NCBI GenBank assembly: GCA_016933195.1
Contig: JAFGBN010000009.1
Span: 26,899-90,898, forward strand
Direction of reading: 5' to 3'
Origin: Dehalococcoidia bacterium
GTDB taxonomy: Bacteria; Chloroflexota; Dehalococcoidia; GIF9; AB-539-J10
DNA: 64,000 nt
The notes beneath the pieces are model-generated. The model did no database searches and was not told the DNA's origin. It worked only from the letters and a program-made list of their open reading frames with translations. The position numbers and the translations under genes were made by a program. Below, piece after piece: positions 19,373 through 27,987 of this stretch. Position 1 is the first letter of the stretch. Each line of letters opens with the position of its first letter.

Positions 19373-19445
19373 AGCCCACAACCAGATTCGAACTGGTGAC
19401 CCCGTTCTTACCAAGAACGTGCTCTGCCTGCTGAGCTATGTGGGC
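19373..19445 (-). tRNA. tRNA-Thr(GGT)
   Basis: Reverse complement gcccacatagctcagcaggcagagcacgttcttggtaagaacggggtcaccagttcgaatctggttgtgggct. 7-bp acceptor stem, anticodon loop ttGGTaa. Confidence 0.9.
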
Positions 19446-19463
19446 CTATTTTACCATATATAG

Positions 19464-19548
19464 TGGAGGGGGTAGGATTCGAACCTACGTAGCCCAAACG
19501 GGCGGCAATTTTACAGACTGCTCCGATTAACCACTCCGGCACCCCTCC
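19464..19548 (-). tRNA. tRNA-Tyr(GTA)
   Basis: Reverse complement ggaggggtgccggagtgg...gcagtctGTAaaattgc...gtaggttcgaatcctaccccctcca. Long variable arm. Confidence 0.9.
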
Positions 19549-19587
19549 CAACCCTAAATCTATCACAAAGCTTAACAAAAATCCACT

Positions 19588-19660
19588 AGCCCGAGAGGGG
19601 ACTCGAACCCACTAACCTACCGATTACAAATCGGTTGCGCTACCATTGCGCCACTCGGGC
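19588..19660 (-). tRNA. tRNA-Thr(TGT)
   Basis: Reverse complement gcccgagtggcgcaatggtagcgcaaccgatttgtaatcggtaggt...gggttcgagtcccctctcgggct. Anticodon loop ttTGTaa. Confidence 0.9.
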
Positions 19661-20141
19661 AACTTTTGGCTGGATAGTATAAATAAGAGAGAATATAATG
19701 TCAACTGAAGGTGGGCTCTTTGTTGGAGTACTATGATTTTGTCACTACCCCAAAATCCTTTGAAGTGCCATTTCTTCATCTGAACTAGTTCAACTTCTGT
19801 GGCCTCAGTTCGGCAAGGTTGACATACCAGCTCGAAAACTGCCAATCAAGGGCAAGATTCTTGTTCTTGTAGCGCCAATTAAGCTAACGCCTGATGCTCA
19901 TGCTTGTCCTATTTCCCTAGGTGTGTCCGTTGTCTTGCCTGTTATCAATAAAGGTACAGCGGATTACACGATGATGACTGCCCTGGCCCCGACCTGTATT
20001 ATTACTGATACACTGAATTTGATTGCAAGAACTATTTCTGTCTTGACAAACCGAAGGGCTACCAGATTTCACAATATTACATTTCTATTGGAAGCCAGGC
20101 GCACCTCCATTTAGTTTTATGGGAGAGAGGCTCTACAATGA

Positions 20142-20495
20142 TTATGTTGCTCCTAGTTGGTCGCAAGCATCAATGACATACCTGAGGTAAGCGAGCGATG
20201 GTCCCCCTCCCATTTTTACTGCCACAAATCCTGTTTCCATTATTTCCTCTCTGCTGGCTCCTGCATCAATTGCTTTCTTTGTATGAGATGCGATGCAGAA
20301 GGTGCAATGCACAGCTATGCCAAGAGCAAGGCTAACAAGTTCTTTTACCTTCGTGGAGAGCACGCCTGCTTTTCCTGCTTGTTGACTGAACTTCATGTAT
20401 GCTTCATAGAATGCTGGGTCCGCTTCCTCTATTTGCTCCATAGTCTTTCCTGCTTGTTCAAGATAATATTTCATATCAGCTGCAACATTTCCCAT
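20142..20495 (-). CDS. carboxymuconolactone decarboxylase / AhpD-like family protein
   Basis: 117 aa: KVKELVSLALGIAVHCTFCIASHTKKAIDAGASREEI (CxxC-type AhpD-like core). Confidence 0.75.
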   Translation of the reverse strand: MGNVAADMKYYLEQAGKTMEQIEEADPAFYEAYMKFSQQAGKAGVLSTKVKELVSLALGIAVHCTFCIASHTKKAIDAGASREEIMETGFVAVKMGGGPSLAYLRYVIDACDQLGAT

Positions 20496-20724
20496 TTTTA
20501 CTGTCTCCTTTTATTCCAAACTTGAATTATTGTTAATCTCAAATCCTTTTCACTTTTACCTCCTGGTCTATTCTAATTTAGGCGAAAACATTCCACCTGT
20601 GGCAATTTATGCTTAGCTGATACCAGCTAAGTCAAAAACCTGTCGGCTTTATTACGAATTTTGTGAGAAAAGAGCAAGATGTTCGGAGCTTCATGACAGG
20701 GGAGTTATTCATTTCCATCATTTA

Positions 20725-20800
20725 TGGTCGGGGTGAGAGGATTTGAACCTCCGACCTCATGGTCCCAAACCATGCGCGCTAGCCACTGCGCCACACCCCG
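20725..20800 (-). tRNA. tRNA-Pro(TGG)
   Basis: Reverse complement cggggtgtggcgcagtggctagcgcgcatggtttgggaccatgaggtcggaggttcaaatcctctcaccccgacca. Anticodon loop ttTGGga; CCA encoded. Confidence 0.9.
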
Positions 20801-20803
20801 TGT

Positions 20804-21361
20804 TTACTTAACTTCTGATTTCAGGTTGAAATCCCACTGACAGCAAATGCCGTCCTTATTTTTCCTGGGAGGTAACATCAAATGGCGCACCTCTATATTT
20901 GGGTTAAAATACTCAGCATATTTTTTGAAGATTAGGGGCTCTACTGTTTTGCATATCTTCTCTTCTCGGCCTGTTCCTTCGTTTTCCAACGCAGTCAATG
21001 TAGGGCAGTCGGTGATAGTTAGTATAACATGGTTTTTGTTTTCAACCCCCAATTTATATTTGAGCACCCAAAACCATGGACTAACCTGCAAAGCTTTAAT
21101 GAGAGTGATAACATCCCTTCCCTGGATTTTCAATAGTTTTGTAAGCTTGCCCAATTCGTATTTGATTTCTTTTTCCCAGACCCATATATCACAAGCTAAG
21201 GCCTCATCATCATTTATTCTTTCTTTAACAGACAGATACCAAAACCCATCTATTGCCGAATATAACTTAGCGTACATTTTGGTTAAGCTCACGAGTGTAT
21301 CTTTAGCCAACTTATCAAAACTTATGTTTGGGTCAAATGCTCCGCTATAATCTTCCAGCAT
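20804..21361 (-). CDS. hypothetical protein (possibly DUF6125-like)
   Basis: 185-aa ORF: YAKLYSAIDGFWYLSVKERINDDEALACDIWVWEKE. Family name is recalled only and not verified. Confidence 0.5.
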   Translation of the reverse strand: MLEDYSGAFDPNISFDKLAKDTLVSLTKMYAKLYSAIDGFWYLSVKERINDDEALACDIWVWEKEIKYELGKLTKLLKIQGRDVITLIKALQVSPWFWVLKYKLGVENKNHVILTITDCPTLTALENEGTGREEKICKTVEPLIFKKYAEYFNPNIEVRHLMLPPRKNKDGICCQWDFNLKSEVK

Positions 21362-21514
21362 TTACATATCCTGCTTTTAAGCAACCATGACTACCAAGAA
21401 TCTTGTGATTTGGCCTGATTCAGTTTCCATAATCAAGACAAATCTATCTTTTCCTGTATTAAATTATAGTTGACTTTCAGAGGCACAGTAATCTCAGCCA
21501 AACTCACATTCCCA

Positions 21515-22447
21515 TTATATAAATTGCGCTACCTTCATTTTAAGTTTGGCGTATGACTTATCTACCTTTTCTTGAATCCTTTTAATTTCTTCATCCGGCA
21601 AGTGGCGATATCGCCCTTGTAGCTTCAAGTATTCCTCAACTGGTTTAAGCTTAGGGCGGTCGATATTCAATTTGTAGTGACCCTCTTCCACTTCATAAAG
21701 AGGAAAGATACCTGTTTCCACAGCAAGCCGACCTATCTCAATAGTCCTCTCTGTGGCAGTCCTCCACCCTGTGGGGCAAACAGACAGGATATGTACGTAC
21801 GCTGGGCCTTTGCTCTCTGCCCCTTTCTTAACTTTGTTCATTAAGTCAAAAGGATAGCTGGGACAAGCTGTAGCTGCATACGGTATATCATGGGCAACAG
21901 CAATTTCAACCATGTTCTTCTTCCAGGTGGTTTGCCCAATGCTGATTTTCCCTGCAGGTGCAGTGGTCGTTGAAGCTCCATAGGGTGTAGCACTCGACCT
22001 TTGGATTCCTGTGTTCATATATGCCTCATTATCAAAACAGAGATACAAGAAGTTATGGCCTCTTTCGAACGCTCCAGATAAAGCTTGAAGTCCTATATCG
22101 CTTGTTCCTCCATCTCCAGCTATAGCGACGCATTTAATATCACTTTGGGGCATCTTGCCTTTCTTCATCAAAATCTTCAATCCAGCTTCAGCACCGGAGA
22201 TTTCAGCAGCAGTATTTTCAAAGAGTGTATGTATCCAAGGGACTCGCCATGACGTAACAGGAAGCGGCGAAGTGCATATCTCCATACATCCAGTGGCGCA
22301 GGCGATTATTACATTCCCTCCTAGAGCTTTGCAGGCGAGTCTTAATGCCAAGGCTTCACCACAGCCAGTACAAAAACTATGTCCCGCGGCAAAGAACTCC
22401 TCTGTGGTTACGAGATTTTTGCCGAATTTTATGATTCTTTCCTCCAT
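21515..22447 (-). CDS. porB: pyruvate/2-oxoacid:ferredoxin oxidoreductase, beta subunit
   Basis: 310 aa: CTGCGEALALR, the TPP motif IAGDGGTSDIGLQALSGA, CFDNEAYMNTG. Confidence 0.9.
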   Translation of the reverse strand: MEERIIKFGKNLVTTEEFFAAGHSFCTGCGEALALRLACKALGGNVIIACATGCMEICTSPLPVTSWRVPWIHTLFENTAAEISGAEAGLKILMKKGKMPQSDIKCVAIAGDGGTSDIGLQALSGAFERGHNFLYLCFDNEAYMNTGIQRSSATPYGASTTTAPAGKISIGQTTWKKNMVEIAVAHDIPYAATACPSYPFDLMNKVKKGAESKGPAYVHILSVCPTGWRTATERTIEIGRLAVETGIFPLYEVEEGHYKLNIDRPKLKPVEEYLKLQGRYRHLPDEEIKRIQEKVDKSYAKLKMKVAQFI

Positions 22448-22449
22448 TT

Positions 22450-23643
22450 TTACCCTCCTATGTTTACCATCTCGCCTCTTATGCCCACCGTCTCTAGCAT
22501 CTTTTCCGACCCCTTTTCTGCAATCTCCCTGCCTCTGTCAATAACATACTCAAAATCCTTCACGGATATATCCCTTCCACCCAAGCCACCTGTGATACTA
22601 ACTACTTTTGGTCTTGGCGCTTCATCATATAAAACTGATTTAACTTCAGAAAAGACTGGGCCTCCCATTCCGCAGGAAATGCACCGGTCAAAAACAACGA
22701 GGACCTCTGCACTCTTTACTGCCTGGCGGAGTTCCTCAAATGGGAAAGGCCTCCAGAGACGCAAACTTATGAGCCCTACGGATTCTCCCTTGTCTCTCTT
22801 CTCATCTATCACAATCTTTGCCGTCTCGCTAAAGCTTCCCATGGTCAAAAGCAACGTTTTAGCTCCTTCTGTCCTATATGGCTCAACGGGGTGGTAATAA
22901 CGGCCGAATATATCCCCAAATTCTTTAAATCCTTGAATTATCACCCCCTTGGATTTCCTGAATGCCACCTCCTGAGCTATCTTTGCTTCTGAATATATAT
23001 CGGGTGGGCCAAAAGCTCCATGGGTCATGGGTTTAGCAGGGTTTAGAGCAAATGGGTACTGGAATTTGGGTAGAAATCTATCTACTTTCTCTTGCTCTGG
23101 CAAGAATAATGGCTCGGTTACATGCGATAGGGTAAACCCATCAAAATGAACCATCACGGGAAATAGAACTTTGGGGTCTTCGCCTACACGAAAGGCCCAG
23201 AGAGTCATATCAAATGCCTCTTGATTATTCTGACAAAACACCTGAATCCAGCCAGTGTCCCTAACAGCCATAGCATCGGAATGGTCTCCCCAAACGCTCA
23301 GTGGTGCGGAGAGAGCTCTATCGCATATCACCATAACTATGGGAAATCTCATGGATGAAGCGACATAAACAGCTTCGTGCATAAGTTCCAATCCTTGACC
23401 TGCAGTAGTAGTGAAAGTTCTCGCACCAACTGCTGCGGACCCAAGGCAAGCACTCATAGCTGAATGCTCTGATTCAACAGGTATATAAGCTGCATCTAAT
23501 TCGCCATTGGCTACCATCTCGGCAAGCCGTTCAGGAATATGCGTCTGAGGTGTTATGGGATAAGCAGCAATGACATCAACATCGGCCATTTTGACTGCTT
23601 CAGCAGCTGCGTGTGAAGCTTCTAACGCTACTCTTTTACTCAT
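22450..23643 (-). CDS. porA: pyruvate/2-oxoacid:ferredoxin oxidoreductase, alpha subunit
   Basis: Start chosen at MSKRVALEASHAAAEAV..AAYPITPQT. Its ATG overlaps the porD stop (ATGA at 23640-23643). The longer track ORF adds 21 unlikely residues. Confidence 0.9.
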   Translation of the reverse strand: MSKRVALEASHAAAEAVKMADVDVIAAYPITPQTHIPERLAEMVANGELDAAYIPVESEHSAMSACLGSAAVGARTFTTTAGQGLELMHEAVYVASSMRFPIVMVICDRALSAPLSVWGDHSDAMAVRDTGWIQVFCQNNQEAFDMTLWAFRVGEDPKVLFPVMVHFDGFTLSHVTEPLFLPEQEKVDRFLPKFQYPFALNPAKPMTHGAFGPPDIYSEAKIAQEVAFRKSKGVIIQGFKEFGDIFGRYYHPVEPYRTEGAKTLLLTMGSFSETAKIVIDEKRDKGESVGLISLRLWRPFPFEELRQAVKSAEVLVVFDRCISCGMGGPVFSEVKSVLYDEAPRPKVVSITGGLGGRDISVKDFEYVIDRGREIAEKGSEKMLETVGIRGEMVNIGG

Positions 23644-23948
23644 ACTTCTTCCTCCTCCATCATTGTTATAGCTTCCTTGGGGCACACACTGGCACAAATG
23701 CCACACCCTTTACAGTAAAAAAGATCGGGCTCATAATGCCCATCATCAAGAAGCTTAATGGCTGCATCAGGACAATAGAGCCAGCACAAGCCACATTTGT
23801 TACATTTCTCTCTATCCAGTATGGGCCTTTGAGATCTCCAGTCTCCAGTTCTACGTAAGCTAGCACTTCCCGGCTCTGTGAGTATATTGCCAATTTCCAT
23901 ATCTCTCCAGGTGAAATCGTATGCTGTTTTTAGCTTTTTCTCCCCCAT
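23640..23948 (-). CDS. porD: pyruvate/2-oxoacid:ferredoxin oxidoreductase, delta (2x[4Fe-4S]) subunit
   Basis: 102 aa: CNKCGLCWLYCPD and CKGCGICASVCP. Confidence 0.9.
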   Translation of the reverse strand: MGEKKLKTAYDFTWRDMEIGNILTEPGSASLRRTGDWRSQRPILDREKCNKCGLCWLYCPDAAIKLLDDGHYEPDLFYCKGCGICASVCPKEAITMMEEEEV

Positions 23949-23950
23949 TT

Positions 23951-24400
23951 TTACTCCTTTATTACAGTTTCCTTATAGGCTTTTTTCATCGCCTCAATAT
24001 TACCCTCAGCTTGTATCCCCAAGCGCTCCTGTAATCGTTCAACCAAAGAGTCTATCCTGACTGCCTTAGTAATCTTTAGTAGTGCGCCAGCCATAGCAAT
24101 GTTAGTGATAGGTAGTCCTATTGTTTCCCTGGCGATCCTTGTTGCGTTAACTGCAGCTACAGGCCAGTTAAAACCAAATTCAGCCTTCAACTCATCTGGG
24201 GATTTTCTGGGATTAATTATGATTTTACCTTTATCCTCAGGAAAGCGAGAACTGGCGTCTCTCTTCTTTCAGGTTCAGAACTAGGAAATGATTGGGCATG
24301 CTTTCCCTTCGCTTATGGCAGCCCTCGCAACCAATTATGCTGAGGTCACTGCTCCCAGTCCTCATCTACCATATCGTCTCACCTCGAGAAGCTCAACCAT
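23951..24400 (-). pseudogene. porG: decayed gamma subunit gene of the 2-oxoacid:ferredoxin oxidoreductase
   Basis: AAGGAGG 9 nt before the ATG at 24398-24400. The single frame reads MVELLEVRRYGR*GLGAVTSA*LVARAAISEGKACPIIS*F*T*KKRDASSRFPEDKGKIIINP...ITNIAMAGALL.... The conserved HAQSFPSSEPERRETPVLAF appears only after a 1-nt shift. The gene is about 35-40 residues shorter than typical gamma subunits. Confidence 0.8.
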
Positions 24401-24427
24401 AACGCAGGACCTCCTTATCATAAAAAG

Positions 24428-24499
24428 CGCCCCTGAAGGGACTCGAACCCTTGCACCTGGCTCCGGAGGCCAGCGCTCTATCCTCTGAGCTACAGGGGC
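24428..24499 (-). tRNA. tRNA-Arg(CCG)
   Basis: Reverse complement gcccctgtagctcagaggatagagcgctggcctccggagccaggtgcaagggttcgagtcccttcaggggcg. Anticodon loop ctCCGga. Confidence 0.9.
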
Positions 24500-24520
24500 T
24501 ACTTCATTTTTAATAGTATA

Positions 24521-25525
24521 TCACAAAGCCACGTTGGAACTGAATAAGGCGTAGGCTCCAAAGGCATAAATCCCGATTAGAGCGAGAGCATACCAACTAA
24601 CAACTACAAAGGTCTTACGCTTCTGCCGAAACCTGAGTCCGATAATAACGAGGAGGCTCATTATCGCTACCACCGCAGCAGTGATAAGGTGAGAACTTGA
24701 CGCTGAGCAGAGAATAGCTCCCTGAGTGTAGAAGAGATCGACTGGAGCAACGATAGCGATGTTAAACATGTTGCTCCCCAATATATCAGCAATAGCCATA
24801 TCCGCAGCGCCCAAACGCAAGGCAGCGACACTAACCACCAACTCGGGCATGGAGGTAGTTATTGCCAGAAATAAACTTCCCACAAAAGTAGCACCCCAAC
24901 CGGTAACTGCAGCAATCTCGTCACCAATATATGATAGCCATATGCCAGCGGCAATAATTGCTACCGCTGCTAGAGCGAATCTAAGGTACACTGTCCTTGT
25001 GGAAATCTCCTCATACTTTCGGGAGACAGTTTGAGTCATTTGTTGATGGTTACGCTCGTAGCGGAACACCCGCCACATCCCCACCAAATATACTACGAAA
25101 ATAATGATGCTTGGGATGCCCACCCATCCTAAAGCTAATTCAGAAAACTTTATCCCAGCGAGGATGCTCGCTCCAGCAATGGCAATAAGCAGAATTCCCC
25201 AACCAGCCGATGCAATATGCCTTGGGCTTGCCTGGCTTAGAATAGGGGTATGATGGTGGAGGATATCTAGCAAAGCCAAGATGGCGAGATTAAGGGAGCA
25301 ACTTCCCAAAAGTGTGCCCAAGGCTAAATCAGGCGAGCCAACTAAAGCAGCAGAGCTAACTCCAGTGACCAGTTCAGGCATAGAAGTAATAGCGGCAAGG
25401 AGCACCAGTCCTATCCATATCCCCCCTATGCCTGTCTTCTCAGCAATAGCGTCCCCATATCGAGCTAACCTCATTCCTGCAATGGAGATGATGGCGAGGC
25501 ACAGAACAAACTTGAACCAAATCAA
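24521..25525 (-). CDS. Na+/Ca2+ exchanger (CaCA) family membrane protein
   Basis: 334 aa, polytopic, with two internal repeats each carrying a ITSMPELV / TTSMPELV alpha-repeat motif. Confidence 0.8.
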   Translation of the reverse strand: MIWFKFVLCLAIISIAGMRLARYGDAIAEKTGIGGIWIGLVLLAAITSMPELVTGVSSAALVGSPDLALGTLLGSCSLNLAILALLDILHHHTPILSQASPRHIASAGWGILLIAIAGASILAGIKFSELALGWVGIPSIIIFVVYLVGMWRVFRYERNHQQMTQTVSRKYEEISTRTVYLRFALAAVAIIAAGIWLSYIGDEIAAVTGWGATFVGSLFLAITTSMPELVVSVAALRLGAADMAIADILGSNMFNIAIVAPVDLFYTQGAILCSASSSHLITAAVVAIMSLLVIIGLRFRQKRKTFVVVSWYALALIGIYAFGAYALFSSNVAL

Positions 25526-25585
25526 AGTAAAACAATCATACTACACCAGGAGCAAGCTATAAAGCAGAGTCTAACGTGCACTGTA

Positions 25586-25594
25586 TGGTATAAT
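25586..25594 (+). promoter_or_regulatory. extended -10 (TGgTATAAT) upstream of the orphan tRNA-Ser 5' half
   Basis: tggtataat at 25586-25594, 17 nt before the repeat start. A plausible stranded native tRNA promoter. Confidence 0.4.
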
Positions 25595-25611
25595 TGCCAA
25601 TATATAAGTAA

Positions 25612-25650
25612 GGAGAGGTGACCGAGTGGTTTATGGTGCCGCTCTCGAAA
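25612..25650 (+). repeat. orphan 5' half of tRNA-Ser(CGA) (left att repeat)
   Basis: Exact 39-nt identity with 32396-32434 (ggagaggtgaccgagtggtttatggtgccgctctcgaaa). Does not continue into a tRNA. Confidence 0.9.
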
Positions 25651-25847
25651 TTTGCTACTAGTTATGAAAATGGGTTATTTTAGCTTCAAAACAGTGAAAA
25701 GAGGTTTCTAACAAAAAGTAGATTTTGAGGCTAAAATGCAAACTGATAAAAGCCCGTGAAAATAGGTCTATTAGCAAATTATTAGCAAAATTCTAGCTTC
25801 AGTTTGAGTGTGAGTATAGAATCTGAGCTAGGAAAGGAGGCTCGGTT

Positions 25848-26423
25848 ATGGGCAAAAAGGAAATGGTGCTACATGAAAAGGTCAAGGAAGCTATTGGTGA
25901 CCGGGAAGTTGTGGGGTTTGTTACTGGCTTTGGATTGATTAAGAAATTGGTGGCGACAATAGTATTGACGGAATCTGGGATTGTGATTTGTGACCCAAAG
26001 CTAACTGGCATGGACGTGACTGAGATACCATTTGAGCAGATTGTTAGCACTGAGTATATGTTGCATATGGGCGTGCCGTATTTCTCCGTTACCACCCAAT
26101 CGGGGAAGAAGCAACTTACCCTTAGTGGGCAGAAGAAAGATGTGCATGAGCCTGCATTAGCCTTATTTGAGGCGCTCAAAGATAAGCTGAGTGAGCTGGC
26201 ATCGGTGCCGATTTCTGTGACGCACAACAAGGGCATGATGAAAGAGGTCTGGTCATTTTATGCTCCGCCACAGTTAGCCGTCATGGGGACGAAAGCGCCA
26301 GAGGGCAAAACGGCTGAGTCTATCCCTGACCAGATTAGGAAACTGGCTGAATTGCGGGATGCCGGTATTATAAGCCCAGAGGAGTTTGAGAGTAAGAAAA
26401 AAGAATTATTAGCTCGGCTCTAA
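25848..26423 (+). CDS. bacterial PH-like domain protein with C-terminal SHOCT domain
   Basis: AAAGGAGG upstream. The N-terminal region (GIVICDPKLTGMDVTEIPFEQIVSTEY) resembles bPH domains. The C-terminus IPDQIRKLAELRDAGIISPEEFESKKKELLARL is a textbook SHOCT motif. Confidence 0.65.
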   Translation: MGKKEMVLHEKVKEAIGDREVVGFVTGFGLIKKLVATIVLTESGIVICDPKLTGMDVTEIPFEQIVSTEYMLHMGVPYFSVTTQSGKKQLTLSGQKKDVHEPALALFEALKDKLSELASVPISVTHNKGMMKEVWSFYAPPQLAVMGTKAPEGKTAESIPDQIRKLAELRDAGIISPEEFESKKKELLARL

Positions 26424-26559
26424 AAGATAATACCAAAGCTATTTACGCACGAGTTAAAGAATATTTTGACAGTAACCGTATATAAAGGGGCATTTGGCAG
26501 CGCCCATCAAAAGACTTATTGCATAGGTGTCATAGAGCTAAGGAGTTACCACAATATAT

Positions 26560-27276
26560 ATGCTACCGGAGCAGTTTCAACTGAAAATAGAATTCAGTAA
26601 ATCCTCCTCATCATCCTTCAAAGAGGCATTGATGATAGCGGAATCTATGCCTTCTTTTACTAGAGAAGAATATCCAAGTATTACACGATACTATGTTGGC
26701 TTGGATTTAGACCATGTGTCTCAATTCTTGCGATTAGTTGAATTGGTTAGGGGTTGGAAAACGTCACGAATAACAGTAGATAACAGAACTCTTACAGTTA
26801 TGGATATATATAAGTTAATAAGCGTTCTAAATTGCCACCTTGATAAGCGTGGTTACAGTCACCAAAAATATTACTGCTGGGTTAGTGAGTATTCGTACCC
26901 GCAAACGAATTTGTTATTCCCTTGTAAAAATATTAAACTCACACTTTCAAATATATGCGATGGGGAGAATTACGGAACTCTAGATAGTGAAGGGAACTTA
27001 CATATAAACAAGGAACGAGTGTTATTCCAAATAGAGCGTGAACTGCGTACCAGTTTATCGTATTATTGTCCGAGCTTAGATATGGAAGCGTTGGAGAATA
27101 TATTATTGCGTATTCCTGACACTATTACTGCCCATGATATATCATTGATAATGGATGCTACTAAGAAGCCATCAGGATTGTGGCTATCCTTCGGTTCAGA
27201 AGGGGAAATCCAGAAGAAAAAGGAAAATATAAACTGGCTGAATAATATTCTAAAAGACATACAAGGGCTAGATTAG
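26560..27276 (+). CDS. hypothetical protein (orphan cargo gene)
   Basis: 238-aa ORF in a visibly AT-rich stretch. No motif recognised. Confidence 0.45.
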   Translation: MLPEQFQLKIEFSKSSSSSFKEALMIAESMPSFTREEYPSITRYYVGLDLDHVSQFLRLVELVRGWKTSRITVDNRTLTVMDIYKLISVLNCHLDKRGYSHQKYYCWVSEYSYPQTNLLFPCKNIKLTLSNICDGENYGTLDSEGNLHINKERVLFQIERELRTSLSYYCPSLDMEALENILLRIPDTITAHDISLIMDATKKPSGLWLSFGSEGEIQKKKENINWLNNILKDIQGLD

Positions 27277-27506
27277 CTAGCGTCTTATATTTCTCAAAGC
27301 CTTTTGAAAGTCCCCGTAAGACATACCCAGCTCATCGGCGATAACTTCCGCTATGCTATTGTTGTTTTTTTAGCAGTAGCCCTCACCGTGTCCGGCTCAA
27401 GTCCAAATTTTTCGATAACACTATCTATGCTAACATCCGGGGCGTCTCTAATATCTCATGATTTCAAACTGGCTTCAAGCTGGCTTAATCTACGTTCTAG
27501 CGTCAT
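27277..27506 (-). pseudogene. decayed small gene (in-frame TGA plus a frameshift at an A7 run)
   Basis: Its ATG is coupled to the upstream stop (TAATG). Translation: MTLERRLSQLEASLKS*DIRDAPDVSIDSVIEKFGLEPDTVRATAKK, then after the A7 run (27365-27371) the other frame gives NNNSIAEVIADELGMSYGDFQKALRNIRR*. Confidence 0.4.
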
Positions 27507-27760
27507 TATCCCGTCCTTTCACCAGCAATGACACGCTCGGTTAATTCTTTTGTCTCGGTGTCTATAACCTGAATATACAGGTCTTTAGGTGAAGGTTGCC
27601 AGTCAGGATGTTTGGCTTTGTATTCAGCTATAGCCTTCTGTTTAGCACTTCTTGTCCTGGTCTCTGATTTGCTATCATACACATATACGATGGTGGCTCT
27701 CGGTTTATCAGCCTCCCGTTGCTGCTCCAGTCTTTTAATTCTACTCCCGATGTTACTCAT
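27506..27760 (-). CDS. hypothetical small protein
   Basis: 84-aa ORF in the island's minus-strand operon; N-terminal SRIKRLEQQ motif. Confidence 0.5.
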   Translation of the reverse strand: MSNIGSRIKRLEQQREADKPRATIVYVYDSKSETRTRSAKQKAIAEYKAKHPDWQPSPKDLYIQVIDTETKELTERVIAGERTG

Positions 27761-27765
27761 TTTAA

Positions 27766-27987
27766 CTAACCCCCGATTTGCTCCGGTTTAATTCCGCATT
27801 GTATTGCTATTCCGATTGCCTTTTCTAAGTCAGCATCGGTAAGCCTCCAGCGATGCCCGTAACCATGCACTGGGCACCAGGGGGCACCGGGGTCAAGTTT
27901 ATCGCCATGCGGCCAGTTGCATCGTTTACCCGCCGGGGCCGTTTGGCTACATTCCAGCTTGTCAATTCTATGCTTTAAGCTACTCAC
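27766..27987 (-). CDS. hypothetical small protein
   Basis: 73-aa ORF; N-terminal HRIDKLECS motif. Overlaps the upstream gene by 4 nt. Confidence 0.5.
   Translation of the reverse strand: MSSLKHRIDKLECSQTAPAGKRCNWPHGDKLDPGAPWCPVHGYGHRWRLTDADLEKAIGIAIQCGIKPEQIGG

Noticed and set aside
19624-19845. 73-aa minus-strand ORF downstream of the tRNA cluster.
   Set aside because: Its 3' end lies inside tRNA-Thr(TGT). No SD or family resemblance.
22450-23706. Longer 418-aa version of porA starting at 23706.
   Set aside because: The extra 21 residues (MWHLCQCVPQGSYNNDGGGRS) overlap porD. The internal ATG at 23643 gives the canonical MSKRVALE... start with an ATGA stop-start overlap.
24335-24364. In-frame TGA and TAA in porG as possible recoding (selenocysteine, or TGA=Gly genetic code).
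   Set aside because: TGA is used as an ordinary stop by neighbouring genes (for example porD and nadE-region ORFs). TAA cannot be explained the same way. The gene also carries a frameshift and a deletion, so decay is the simpler reading.
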